A DNA stretch of 64,000 nucleotides from Fimicolochytrium jonesii (taxonomy: Eukaryota), in assembly GCF_025526975.1 (NCBI RefSeq), contig NW_026515700.1, positions 186,001 to 250,000 of the forward strand. Direction: 5' to 3'. Shown here piece after piece: positions 37,434 through 50,387 of the stretch. The translations under genes were made by a program, and so were the position numbers. The stretch's first letter is position 1, and each line of letters opens with the position of its first letter. The notes below the pieces were generated by a model that was not told the origin of the DNA, searched no databases, and saw nothing but the letters and a program-made list of their open reading frames with translations.

Positions 37434-39107
37434 TTAAACGCCCACACCCACCGCCCTCAACACCAGCGCAAGCCTCCTCACCCCCTCCGCAATCACCTCA
37501 GGCTCATAGTACGCAAACGCCAGCCTCAGCGCATTCCTACATCCATCCCCACTCATCGAAAAGTCCGCCCCCTGTTTAAACGTCACCCGCTGCTGCCCCA
37601 CCTCCCCACTCTGCAACCCCTCCACGACACGTTTCCTCAACAGGGTCGTATCCACATCCGCTGGTAACTCCACCCAGACGAAGTACCCGCCCTTCGGGCG
37701 ATGTATCTTGACACCGGGCGTGGATCCGAGATGGGTGTCGAGGGCAGTGAGCATGGCGGTGAGACGCGCGGAGTATTGGGTGCGGAGGTGGGTGAGGTGC
37801 GTGTGGAGGTGGTTGTCGTGGAGGAGAGGGATGAGGAGGTTGCTGGTGAGGTGGTTGGGAGAGCCGCCTGGATACGCATCGATTCGGGGGGGTTAGTCTT
37901 GCGGAAAACCGATCAATAGGGTTGGGGTAACAACGCACCACTGTAAGAGACCGCGGCAAGCTTGATGGCATCCACGATCCGCTTCGGGGCTTCGATCCAC
38001 CCCAACCTAGCCCCGGGCGCGAAGATCTTGCTGAAGCTGCAATTGGAGATCACGTTCCCGCCCGTCTCACCCGCCAGATCATCGAACGCGACAAGTCGTT
38101 TCGGCGGGGGCGTGGCGGTGTCGTAGTGCAGGAGCTGATACACATCGTCGCAGATGACGAGTATGTTGTGTTTGCGGGCCAGACGAAGGATTTCTTCGCG
38201 GTGCGGCGTGGGGACGGTTGAGCCGGTCGGGTTGGAGTGGGTGGGGACGAGGTAGAGGACGTAGGGGTATGTTCCGGCAACATCTGGTGGTTGAGGATCA
38301 CGAGCGGAGAGGGAGTCGAGGGCGGTGGAGAGGAGGTCGACGCGGATGCCGGTTTCTGCGTCGGTTTCGATGGCGACCATGCGGGAGGAGGGGATGCGGT
38401 GGTCGCGGAGCATTTTGGCGGCGAGGAAGTAGGTTGGGTCTTCGAGGAGGAACACTGTTGCGGGGTTTGTAAAGATAGTTACTAGACTTTTGGGGGGCGG
38501 CTCGTTAGTCGAACGTCGAGGAGGAAGAACGCGTGAAGAATCCAATTGGAGAACACGCCTTTCTCCCACTTTGGAATGCCCCCACTCACGCGCGTGCATC
38601 TGCGTCCATCTCCAATCGTGCTCTTCCCTCGCCTCTCCTCCCCCCTCACACCCCTAAAACTCACTTGAAAAAAGCCTGCGTAGCCCCACTCGTAACCACC
38701 AACCGTTCCATATCCACGTCCTCATCCCCGTACTCCCTCCTCAAAAACCGCGCGAGCTCATATCGGAACTCCTTGTCTCCGGTCACGGGCCCGTATTGCA
38801 GTGCGTTGGATGCGTCTGGGCGGGCGAAACGGGCGGCGGCGGCGAGGGTGATGAGAGAGGTGGGGAGGAGGGTGGGGCCGGGAGCGCCGTAGTCGAAGGA
38901 TATTAAGGTTGGGTCGTCTGAGTGGGAAGGGTGAGGATGGAAGTCTGGGGGAAAGGACGAGGTCACGAGTGGTAGTGTATACCTGTGGGGAAGAGGGTAG
39001 CGTTTGCCCTGTCTGAGAAGTGCATACCCTCTTTGGGAGACGACGCTGAGAAGGCCATGTTGTGCGAATGCGAAGGGGGGGGGGATAGCCAGATGGGTGA
39101 TGGACAT
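37434..39107 (-). CDS. PLP-dependent class I/II aminotransferase (Aro8/MocR-like), multi-exon; 5' end uncertain
   Basis: LQYGP..G, VTSGATQ, EDPTYFLA, PTHSNPTG, DDVYQLL, SFSKIFAPGARLGWI, PKGGYFVW, LRLAFA. Confidence 0.9.
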
Positions 39108-40748
39108 GCCGGCTTCACAGGGCACACTACGAGAGTCACACCTCGAGATTAAATGGTGCGGACGTGGGCGCATGTGACTTGGCAAGACTCGGCGTTCAAT
39201 TCGAATCGCGTATAAAAGGCTCAGTTGGTTTTCTTCCCGCTCTCGCTCCGACTGCACTTTCAAGGCGATCTGCCATCCGACACACAAGGACAAGGACAAG
39301 CGCAAGGAACGACAGCAAGCAGGAACGCAATTGCCCTTCCATCTGCTGTGTAACCGATTGCGTTGCTATTGCAAAGCCCCGGATGCTCAGCGACTCACCT
39401 CGCCAGAGCCAACCCTTACTTGCAATCGCAGCACTCGGCACACGAGCGAAGAAAACAACGGCACGGCAAACCAAGGGGTAACCACCTTGCGCCAAGGAAA
39501 AGACAAAAAGGCCGTTGGATGTGATGAAACGACAAAGTTATGCCAGTTCTGCTTCTGAAAATTCATGACAGAGAACTCTTTGCTATATTCGTCCTGATCC
39601 TCTCCCTTTGTGCTCTTCCTTCACCCGCCCCGACGGTTGGAAGTCGATCCATCAAAACAAAGCACAGAAGTAGACGACGGCCCCCGTTTGCATATCGTAT
39701 CCCTGACTCTTGAGTCTGTCGGATTCCTGCATGGGCTCCCTCTTTCTGCCTCGTGCTTGTTCTGTCCATTGGTGCTCGACGGATTCTATGAAGACAATCC
39801 CCCTACTCTTCAATCAGAAGACCCTTATTAGTCTGGCTTTAATGCTTTATGCGCTGAATCTGCCAGGATTCCCGGGTCTAAGATAGACCTTCAATTTATT
39901 AGAACACGGCACTCCTTTTCAGTGGATTTCTGTGTGTCAAAAGTTGAAGACAGTTCCTCACTATCCCTCACTACGTTCTTGCAGTGGGAAGCCATTTCTA
40001 TCATTAGTGTAGAAATGGGTCTTTGTAAACCTTTTTTCCGAGCTGTCGGAGGCATTGGGGGCAGAAGTGTCTTTCGACGCCCGACCGAGGACGCCCAACG
40101 CGTGCATCGTTTCTCTTTGCTCTCTCATGCGATCCATCTGATTCACAGAGCTGTGGGTTGCTGCTCAATTCCACCTGAGAAAAGTTAAAACGACGTCCTT
40201 GCTCTGTCGCTGTACTGTACATGTGTGTGTGTGGTCCCATAAAGCACAAACCCTGAGAGAAGGAAGGAGGGAAGAGCAGGGAGAGCACCCACTGACAGTG
40301 CTGTATGTACATATGCAACCCTTCGGACACGCAACGACGGGCTCAGCACAAGGCTCAAGACTCTCAACAGGCGCTTCAGTACTAGAGACTTACTCAGACC
40401 AAGTCCCATGGCTCTCCCTCACGGAAACAGAGCCATAGCGTAGTGGAGGCTGTCTTTCATTCACCTAGCAAAAGTGTCGTCCGCTCGCTGCAGGGGCGGG
40501 GCCGTCCGACACCAGCCACCCTTGTCCAACACGACTCCGCTTGCTATCTCCCAACTCGAGGTTGAGAAAGTCCCCGAAAGAACCCGTCGGGGCAGCTGTC
40601 TTTCGGAGGTCGTTGGCCCAACGCATAGCATAGGAACCGTCCGGGCAAGTCAACCGTCGAGGACCGCATCCGCGCGACCTATCCCCACCCATCTTGATAT
40701 CCCGCCGAACCTCACAATCACCCCCAACCCCAACCGACCTACAAAAGA

Positions 40749-43700
40749 ATGTCAGACAGCTACTCCCCCAATACCCCTGCCCGAGTCCTCAAGACCCCCC
40801 ACCGATCCAGCACCAGCACCGTGCGAGTTCCCTCGACAACCACACCCGGCTTCACCTGGAACCGCACCAACGGCCTCAAACGCAAACCCACCAGCAATAG
40901 CCCGTTCCCACTACCTTCACGCGACGTACCCTCCGAAGACGATTTCTTTGATCTGGCGCCAAAGAAGAAACGGAGTACCCCGATTGGGCGGCGGAAAGGT
41001 GGCGAGGGTGGGAGTGGGAATGGGAGTACTGGGAGAAGCACGACGGTGAACAGGAAACCGGTGGAAGTGGTGGTGGATTCGGAGTCGGATGAGTGGACGG
41101 TTGAGACGCCGGTGGCCAAGAAAGAGGGGCGGAAGGGTCGGGAGGGTGGGTTAGCATCTGCGCGGAAAAGGGGCCCGGAGAACGTACCCGTGGGTGGTGG
41201 GTTGAGTGGAAGGAATGGGGATCTGATAGAAGTGGATTTAACGGCGGATGAACCGGGGGAGGTGACTGTGCCTGTGCGGAAGCCTGCGATGCTGAAACGA
41301 AAGGCCGGTGAAGTGGGCGGCGCGGTGCTGACTGGACGGAAGCCTGCGAACGAACGAACGGCGGAGGACGACCTAAGCGGCGTGGTACTCCCCAAGCGAA
41401 CAGCTGCCCCGAATCGAACACCTGACGACTCGGACAGCATGCTACTCCCCATGCGAACACCAGCGCCAAAACGAAAAGCACTTCCCATCCCCAAATCCGC
41501 ACCCGCCATCTCTCACCACCATTCCCAATCCCGCAACCCAAACCCATCACCCGCCAACCTCGCACCACCTCTCGCCTTCTCAACCCTCAAATCTCGCCCA
41601 CCACCCACAAAAAGCCCCTCAGCCTCCCCATCAACCTCCAAAATCTCCCCCGCAGAACGCAGCCGCCGCCACACCCACTTCATCGAATCCCTCTACACGC
41701 TCTACAAACCGGCCAAGTCACAATCCCCATACCGGTTCTCGTCACGCCTGTCCTCACCGATGCACATCCCGAGAACCGCGGGGATGAGTGGTGGGAGTCT
41801 AACGGGCGAATTGGTGCATGATGTTACGTTTCCGGAGTTGGAGGATACGAAGGGGAGTGATGGCGTGGAGAACGGGATCGAGAACCGGATTGAAGCGGGG
41901 ATTGAGGAGTACGAGGAACGCTCGCCGACGCCGATTGCGGAACTGAGTGTCGGGAATGAGTGTTTAGTCGGTGTCGACGATGTTTGTGGATTGTCTGGCG
42001 ATGGTCCTGGAACTGGCAACTTATCTGAACCCGATCTCGACGCCGGTGGTCTCGGGTTCGATTTCGCTCATCTTGGCGATGATCTCGGTCTTGACGACGC
42101 GCCATCCCCTCCCTTGCTAGTCACCGCAGACAACATACCCACATTGCCTTTCGATCTCGCCGCGTCTGAATCACCACCACCACCCACACAACAGCGGACG
42201 CAACGCAAACGGAGTTTGACGCCTGATCTTATTGACGAGACGGCGAGTCCGCCCAAACGATCTAAAGTATCACCCAAAACAGTGCGTGATAGTCATCCTC
42301 GTGATAAAAGTCCCGTTGTGATCGACCTCGATTCCGATTGCGGCATCCCCGACTTCCCACCACCACCACAACAGCGACAACAGACAAAGGTGACACCGAT
42401 CAGCACGGCTAAGCGAGACACGGCGCGGAAAGCGTTGCCGAGGGAGGCTGGGGACCCGCGGAGACCGGCAAACGGGAGCGGTGTTAGTGGGCGGTATGAC
42501 GCAGGTCGGAGTGATGAGGAGATGGGTATGAACGACGTCAATGGAGGAGAAGCTGGTGGAGAGGATTATGTATGTATAAGTATTCACCCTATCTTCGCCG
42601 AGTTTTCGCATCCGTATCTCCCCTCTTCTTGCGCACAACGGACTGACCTTATACTCCCACTCCCACAAACAGATCGACTGCCCACTCTGCTCCAACCCCT
42701 TCCCCCTCTCCACCATCGCAGTCCACGCCGCAACCTGCCAAACAGACTCCGACTCCCCCCTCCCCACCTCTCCGCATCAAAATCACACAGTCCGCGGCGA
42801 ACCCTCCCGTGCCCCGCCGCCGCCACCACAGCAAGCTAGTAAAGCCGACCGAGCGAAGAGGTTAAGTGAGATGGCGGAACGACGACGGAAACGCGTCGTG
42901 GGTGAACGTAGTAGTAGTGAGGAGGAGGGGGTACTGAGGGGCGGTGTGATTGGCGGCGGGAAGGAGCAGGGCATTCGCAGGTTTTTTCGGAAAGAGGATG
43001 CAGTACCTGCAGTGAAAGGTGAGTTTTTCGGGGGCTTTTTGTACCGTGCAGGGGAAACGCCCGATTCTCATCAGTTCATAATCCCCACCCACCAGACCGG
43101 ACAGCGACACACAGCGAATCGCGGATCGTGCAAGTGGACTCGGTTTCTGAGACCGGGGGTGTGAGCGAGCGTGAGGGTGAGGACGCGCTTGCAGCTGCGT
43201 TGTTTGGGGAGAGTGGTCCGGTGACAAGGGCGGTGGATAAAGGTACGGGGTCTTGCCCTTTTTTTTTGATCGGAGGCGGGGTCTCGAGGGTGACCAAACT
43301 GATTTTGGGGTGACTGGGGCTTGGCATTAGGCAAGGGACGAGCACTGGTTTTCACTTCGGATGACGAAGGGGATGATGAACAGGACGACGACCATGGGAT
43401 CGGTCTTGACGCCGATCGCGACGACAGGACCGGGCTCACCCTCACCACCACCCCCACATCCCTCTCCCAACCCCTCGTCGACGACCCCCTCTCATACTCG
43501 CACGGAGAAGACGACGACGACGAACAACTCTCCCCCCTCCTCGGCTTCGAAAACCCGACCTCCACCGCCGGCCGGCTCGACTGGCTGCTCGCGCCCACAC
43601 CCCTCGACGACGCCGCCGTCGCGCGGAAGGAGGCGAGGAGGGTCAAGAAGGCCGAGAGGGATCGGGAGAGTGGACGGGGGAGGGGTTGGGCTGCGGGTGC

Positions 43701-43987
43701 GAGGAGCGCGAGGAGGGCGAGGGGGAGGGGTGGGTAAGTCCGCTGATCGGTTTCTGATCGCGTGGTGTGCGATATCCCACTGAGTGTTCCGTGACCCCCC
43801 CAGAGCGTGGCGAGGAAGAAACGCACCCCGAGGCCGCCGGACCAGTCGCGGCGGTGGCGATGGGGCACGCACCACCACCAACGCCCTACCGGCACCAAGA
43901 AGGAACTACTACGCGAACGACGACCCCGGGTTTACGGACCGTGATGTGGGGATCCAGTGGGAGGGGTTTGCGGGGGTTACGTTTTGA
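40749..43987 (+). CDS. Large, mostly disordered protein with a UBZ4/Rad18-type zinc finger, multi-exon; function unknown
   Basis: Long ORF with GT-AG introns; exon 2 reads CPLCSNPFPLSTIAVHAATC; basic NLS-like stretches (PKKKR). Confidence 0.6.
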
Positions 43988-44644
43988 GTGGGGGGTTGCA
44001 GGTTAACGGAGGGAGGGTGGTGGCATTTTTCCTTTTTTTTTTTGGGGACGCTGGGACGAAGGCGATGAGCGGAGACGGAAAGGAGTCAGTGGTGTGATGT
44101 GATGAAAACGCCGTAGCGAGACTGATTCTCCTCTGCGCTTTTTGGCACCTCTGTGAAGTGTATTTGGAGGGCTACCGGCTGGACTGGGAAATTTCGGTCA
44201 TGGCCGCATCTGTGCTTCGGGGGTTTTTTTGGGGGGATGGAAATGGTGCGGGGTTACTTGTGGTTGGGTTTCGGGCTCAGACCTTTGTGCGTTTCGCGTT
44301 GTGCGTTCGCTTGCGCGAGCCGGGGTGGACTGAGTGCAACACACAAACAGCTTTCGACTTGTGCCATCGCACAACGTGTGCATAAACTGTGCTGTACATG
44401 GGTTTCCGGGTGAATTGCATCCAGCAGCAGCGAGAATTGCTATTGGACAAATGTACAAGATAGGAAGTGCGAAAGGGAAGGGCGTCTCTTCCAACGAAGA
44501 ACAATGATGCACGAAATGAGTTTGGTAGTCAAGCAGGAAATGCAGGACCAAGGAAAGGGGTTCCCAAAGCAGACCAAGTCCGTCGTTTGCAGCAGCACAC
44601 GACCCCCATCCACCCGTCTCATCTATGAAATCCCATCACACACC

Positions 44645-46716
44645 CTACCCAAACCGCGCACGAACCCTCGCACCCACCCCCAACCCCCTCCTCAACACCT
44701 CCACGGCGCCCGCCCCAACCCCCACACAATGATCCACCACAACCTCCCTTAACGCCGCCCCAACCTTCCCCACCAGCCTCCCGACGCCCACCCCCGACAC
44801 CCTCGTATTCCCGACCGCGAGGTACACGAGCGCCGCGCCGTGTGCCACAACCGCCTCCAACGTCGAGTCGGAGATATGAGCGTTGTTGGAGACGTCGAGG
44901 TGGGCGAGCTGCGTGAGCTGGGTGAGCAGGGCCACGGCGCCCGGGTCCGAGACGCGCGGGCAGGTCGGGATCCGCACGCTCTGTAACTGTGTGCACGACG
45001 CCGCGAGCAACGCCAGGGCGTCGTTGGTCAGTTGGGCGGATTGGGCGAACTCGATGTGAGTCAGACCGGCGCAGTGGGCTGCGAGCGGTTGGAGGAAGGG
45101 GAGTGCGAGTTGTGGGCATGAGGGCAGGGTTAGGGATGCGAGGGAGGGGTTGGCGCGGAAGAGGGCGGTGGCCACGATGGGGTGGCAGAGGGTCGGCGGG
45201 TCGAGTAGGGAGATGCCCGAGAGTGCGAGGGCGGTGAGGTGGCGGGAGTGGGTGGCGAGGGCGGCGAGGGTTGTGAGGGTGATACGGGGGCATTTTGTGA
45301 CTGTTAGGGACGTCAGGGATGGTGCGCCGGCGGCGATGAGGGTGACCGCCTTATCGGTGATGTTACACTGGGTTAGGTCTACGGTTTGTAACGTCAGCGG
45401 GATGCGTTTGCGCTGGAAGTTGTCGCAGATGGCGAACGCGTCGTCGGTGATTCCGTCGCATTGCGCGAGCGTGAGATCTTTCAACGCTCGACAGCAGTCC
45501 AGCAGTTTCCGCACGGTAAGATCGTCGGCTTTTGTCGCCGTCAGATCGACAGCCGTGAGCGAGCGCGCCATCACCTGCAGCGCCTCCACAAACGCCGCGG
45601 GTGGAATCCCTCGACACGCCGTCAGATCCAGCGTCAGCAGCGCATTGCACTTATTCACCGCCAGGCACTTCCACCCGCCGCTCGTAAGGCCCCCACAATT
45701 CTTCAATGACAGATGTTTCAACCTCGACCCCGCTTTCGCGACCACCGTCGTGAGGGCGAGATTGGTGACACGCCGGCCGTGGGTGCTGAAATCGAGGGTG
45801 GTCCAGAGGCGTTTATCGCTGTGCAGGGCGGCGCGCCAGGTGCGGGAGACGGCGGTGCAGCGGGTGAGGGTGGCGAGAGGGAGGTGGCTGAGGATGAGGG
45901 AGAAAAGCTCGTAGGGGAGGGGGAGGTCTTGCGGGGCCTGTTTGGATTTTTTGGGGGCGGGTGAGGAGGCGGGTGTTTGACTTGATGTGCGTTTTTTGGT
46001 TACTGTTGTGGATGTGCTTTCAGGTGAGGAACACTCTTGCAAAAGCATTTCCAAGTCCTTTTTCCAAAAGCGATACGGTTAGGAGGCACGATACATCAGC
46101 TCAGAAAAATGCCGCATGTACACCGCAAACATACCTGGTACCGCGGATTCTCCTTGCCGACCTTCTTCTTCGCGATCCTATATATCTTTGCAGCATGCTC
46201 ATTCTTTCCCATCAACCGAAATGCCTTGCCCGCATGCAAGTATCCCTAATCACAATGCGAACAACAATCATCGGTCATTCATCCCATCCCACTCCAGAAA
46301 AAACTTCCGTGCCCTCGCATCCAACTTTTCCAATATCGACCTCACCTACCTTGATATTCGACCCATCAACCCTAACAATCGCCTGCGCATCATCCAGCGC
46401 GCCGTCCCAATCGCCCACGTTGAGTTTCGCCAGCGCCCTGCAGTCGAGGAGTTTGACGTTTTGGGGGTCTGTTTCCAGTGCCTAGAAAGTCGAGGAGTGA
46501 GTGGGTGGATGTGATGAATGGGGATTGAATGGACTGGAGAGTTCTTACCTTGGTGAGGATGCGGATGCAGCAGGCGTAGTCGGAGCGTTTGAAGGCTGCT
46601 AGGGCGGGTTTGAGGAGGGTGGTGGAGGAGGAGGAAGGTTGTTGGAGTTTTTCGTGGGCGGGATGTTTCGGTGCTGCGATGGGTGGGTTTGCTGCTGGTT
46701 TGTTGGCTGGGTCCAT
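44645..46716 (-). CDS. TPR - F-box - LRR protein (Dia2/Pof3-like SCF substrate receptor)
   Basis: TPR exons (ALETDPQNVKLLDCRA..ALDDA; GYLHAGK), F-box LPYELFSLILSHL...VSRTWR, and AMN1-type LRRs. Confidence 0.85.
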
Positions 46717-47120
46717 TGCGAAGGTGATATGCTGGGATATGGGTTATGGCTGTGCGATGTGACTCTGGTAGTGCTTTGGCGATGATGCCGCCGTTGGATG
46801 GGCCGGAAGGGGGGAGGTCTGGAGGTCTCCGAGGTGGAAACGGGAGGCAGCGATGTCCGCTCCGTTCGGACACGCGTTTGTGAACACCGAAGATATGGCT
46901 GTGAAATGGTCTTTGAACCGGTGGAGGCAGTATAAGGGAACGAAGGAAGAAGAGCCACTGTCGGTCGCGGCCGCTGGTCATATGAGCCCTGCGGGTTTCC
47001 CCCGAGCGGGACGCCATGCGACGACGGTAGGGCTCTGTCTGCTTTGCAGCCATAGAACAGATGAAACCTTGAACCCAAAATCCCTTGGAGAAAGCTACTC
47101 TACTCGTCCGATAGCCTTTT

Positions 47121-48035
47121 TCATGACGGTGACGTCTCCTGATTTGCCAAAGTCGGCACGAGAACCCGAATGACAACATCCTCGCCGCTCGCCCGATATA
47201 TGAGATCCTCATCCCTCTTCCAATGAAACAAAGCGCTCCCACATCCCGTCTGCCCCCCAAACTTGTTAATCTCAATCAAATACGATTTCAAATGCCGCGG
47301 GTCCTCATCCTCCACAAACACATCCGCCACAAACGACGCTTCCGGCTTCCCCAGCACAGGTATAACTTTCCCTTCCACAAACCCCACAATGCACTCCGCG
47401 ATCGCAGTCATAAGCGCATCATTTGCGACATGGAAGCAGCTCGACCAGCGATACTGGCTGATCGCCGTGACGCGGCCGCGGTAGATAAACACCCTGTACT
47501 CCTTCTTGATGTCGATCGCGGGATCGAAGTCACTGAGATGGAAGGCGGTGCGCGTGATGCGGTTAGAGGTGAACCATTGGTGGACGCGGAGGTCCTCGAC
47601 AAAGGCGCGGATGATGTCTCGCGCGGTGCGGAAGGGCACAACGTCGCCGCCGGTGTTGCCTTTCATGCTGCATTCGTTGAGTCGGCAGAAGATCTCCTTT
47701 GATTCTCCGGGCGTATTCCGCTGATGCTCGTCAATGACGGCCTGCAGTTTTCCGCAAACATCCTGGACGGCATCGCTCTCCCACAGGGTATCCTTCAATG
47801 TCCTAAACTGGGCCAACAGCGAGAGTTCCATCAGGTCCGCCAGCTGCGGTCCGCCGACCTCCAGCCGGCCCCAAGGAGAGGATTTCATGAGTGTTCCGAG
47901 TTTGGGGGAGAACCAGCTGTCCATGCCGTCGAGTTCGCAGGGGATGTTTTCGTTCATGTCGGAGTGGTAGGCGGAGTTGTATTTGGCTTCGAGGACGTCG
48001 GCCGGCTCTTCTGGGATGTATTGGATGACTATCAT
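47121..48035 (-). CDS. Intronless Cdc123/D123-like ATP-grasp protein (R2K-type)
   Basis: FCRL..CSMKG, EYRVFI..G.VTAISQY, VADV, LIEINKFG..GCGSALFHW..D. Confidence 0.85.
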   Translation of the reverse strand: MIVIQYIPEEPADVLEAKYNSAYHSDMNENIPCELDGMDSWFSPKLGTLMKSSPWGRLEVGGPQLADLMELSLLAQFRTLKDTLWESDAVQDVCGKLQAVIDEHQRNTPGESKEIFCRLNECSMKGNTGGDVVPFRTARDIIRAFVEDLRVHQWFTSNRITRTAFHLSDFDPAIDIKKEYRVFIYRGRVTAISQYRWSSCFHVANDALMTAIAECIVGFVEGKVIPVLGKPEASFVADVFVEDEDPRHLKSYLIEINKFGGQTGCGSALFHWKRDEDLIYRASGEDVVIRVLVPTLANQETSPS

Positions 48036-48273
48036 TGCGCCGAAGAGTCGATATCGAGGGTTTTGAATATCGTTCGTGCAGCGGGGATTGAGAGGATTGA
48101 GGCGTCATGCACGAGCTACTAGAGTTTTCTGCGGACGAGAAGTGCAGCTTCCCCGGCACGCGCCAGCTTGCAGAGCTGCTCACCCTTCCCTTCGGCATCG
48201 GTACTCCCGGTTGGGAAGCCACTACATACACACCTCGTTTGTCCCGGGTCACTCGGCGCTCAAGGACAGCAGA

Positions 48274-49906
48274 ATGAGGCCGCTTACTCTGGCCGTCCTA
48301 GCGTCCTCCACGGCTTTCTCACCACCCATAGTATACTCTGCAGCTCGTTCCGCAATAACCCGATCTTTCAAGCCTCTCATCCGGCCGGAAACCCGGTGCT
48401 TCAGCAGCGATTTTAGCACCTTCGCAAGGCCACTCGTGCCGTGCCGATTGGAAGGGCGGACGGCCTTACTGGGCGAGGGAAGTCGGTGTCGGAAACTGAG
48501 CATGAAGGGGTTCGCTCAACAGCGGATGAGGGGCTCCGGACTTCGATTGTTTTCAAATCGTGGGGTCAAGCCTACTCCAGCAGCGAATGTCGACGGCTCA
48601 ACACCGGCAACGCCATCGGCACCACCATCGGCACCATCAGCTCCAGCAGCATCATCGCCACCATCACCGTCATTCGATCTCCGTCCAGCTCCGCTCGCAA
48701 CTTCGACAACAGAGGAAAGTGCCGATTTCCGGCCACCAGTCAGCACTCCCGGCGAGCCTACAATACCAGCAGACACTCCGGTCCAGCCGAAGCGACCAAA
48801 GAAAGATACCCCTCCCCTAACTCAATCCTCCAAATCCCCAACCGCCGCCCAACGATCCACCGTCGCAGTCCTCGCCCCCGTCGTCTCCCTCGTCACCCGC
48901 TCCACCACCGCCATCCAATCCCAAGCCGCCGCCACCGCCTCCCACCTAACCCGCATCCTCCTCCCCAACCTTTCCACCCACCTCAACACCCTCACCGGCT
49001 ACAGCGTCGTTGCACGCGCCAAACAACGCGTCCTCGAAAAAGACGATCAGCTCAACGACGCGAAGCGGCGTTCAGACACCGCAAAAAAGGGCTATGAGAC
49101 TATGATCGAGGAGCGTCGCAAATGTCAGCGCGAACTCAACTCGTTGCTGCAGAGGAAGGATACGTGGCTGGATAGCGATATTACGCGGTTTACGGAGCTG
49201 TATCGCAAGGATCTGTCGTTGGAGCAGGCCGAGACGGGCGCGAAGGTTGAGTACAAGGATGCGGTGGAGGAGTTTGAGAGGGCGCATAGGGAGTATCTCA
49301 AGTGAGTACATCACTTTCAGTATGATTTGGGCCCCTCCCGAAGCATTAGTGACTATGTATGTATATCGTATCTAACTCGTTCCTTCTCTCCCCAGCGAAA
49401 TCCGCGAACGCTACATCGAAGAACAGCTCTACTCCGACAAGATCCGCCGCGCCTCCACCTGGTGGACCTGGGGCCTCATCTCCCTCCATTTCTGTCTCTT
49501 CCTCGCCGTCCAGCTCTTTGTCGAGCCCCGGAAGCGGAGGAAGTTGAAGGAGGATATCGTTGGTGCGCTGGGGTTCTCTGAGGGTGTTGAGGGAGGGACG
49601 GTGGAGGGTATGAAGGTGGGAGGAGAGGGGCAGCATGCGATGAGCAAAGTGCTGGAGGAGTTGCAGAGTATTGGGCGGAGGGTGGAGGTGTTGCAAGGGA
49701 GTGTTGGTGGTGGTGGTGGTGGTGGTGCTGTAGCGTTGGCTGCATCCCAGCACCCACCAATATCTACCACCCTCTCGACACATCCGACGATAGCGCCCGC
49801 GACATCATCACCGCTCTATCCAAAGGACAAGCTCTTTGCGAAAGGCGTGCTGTGTGGAGCGGTATTGGGTGTGGCTGTGTCGTCGGTGTTTGCGTATGGG
49901 TTTTGA
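48274..49906 (+). CDS. SHE9: Mitochondrial inner-membrane She9/Mdm33 (2 exons)
   Basis: LNTLTGYS, QRELNSLLQRKDTW...D..RFTELYR, RY.EEQLYSDKIRRASTWWTWGL, VEPRKRRKL. Confidence 0.93.
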
Positions 49907-50387
49907 TGAGTGTCGTGCGCTCAACAAGATGGCCCCTTCGATACACAGAGAGCCACCGCGCCTGCAGATTGGAACAACGATCCCGTGACGGGAGCACTAG
50001 AAAGCTAGACGTAGAACGATGATCTCCATCAGCGCCGCGGCTCCTTGGCGTACTTGCTGTGTACACACTACTACCCATATGGCATTCCGCCGGGAATCAC
50101 CGGCCATTCCATGCATCTAGAATGTACGTAACATATATACCCCTCATCGCATAACCATGAGTCACATATCATCGAGTGAAGGACACCAATTTCGCATTTC
50201 GTGAATTGAATTTTTCGTTTTCTTGTCTATCGTCCCCATCATGTCCACGTCCTTTTGTAATGGGGGAATCTAACTGTATTCCTATTCCCCATCTAGCGAG
50301 GACAGGGGAAGCTATAACCTACGCATACTGTGTCTTGCAGAAAAGGAGAACAGGTTGTCGGGTCAAACAAATCCTTCATCTCACTCA

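Noticed and set aside
39500..40450. Possible degenerate gene between the aminotransferase and the UBZ protein
   Set aside because: Short ORFs with no motif or consistent splice pattern.
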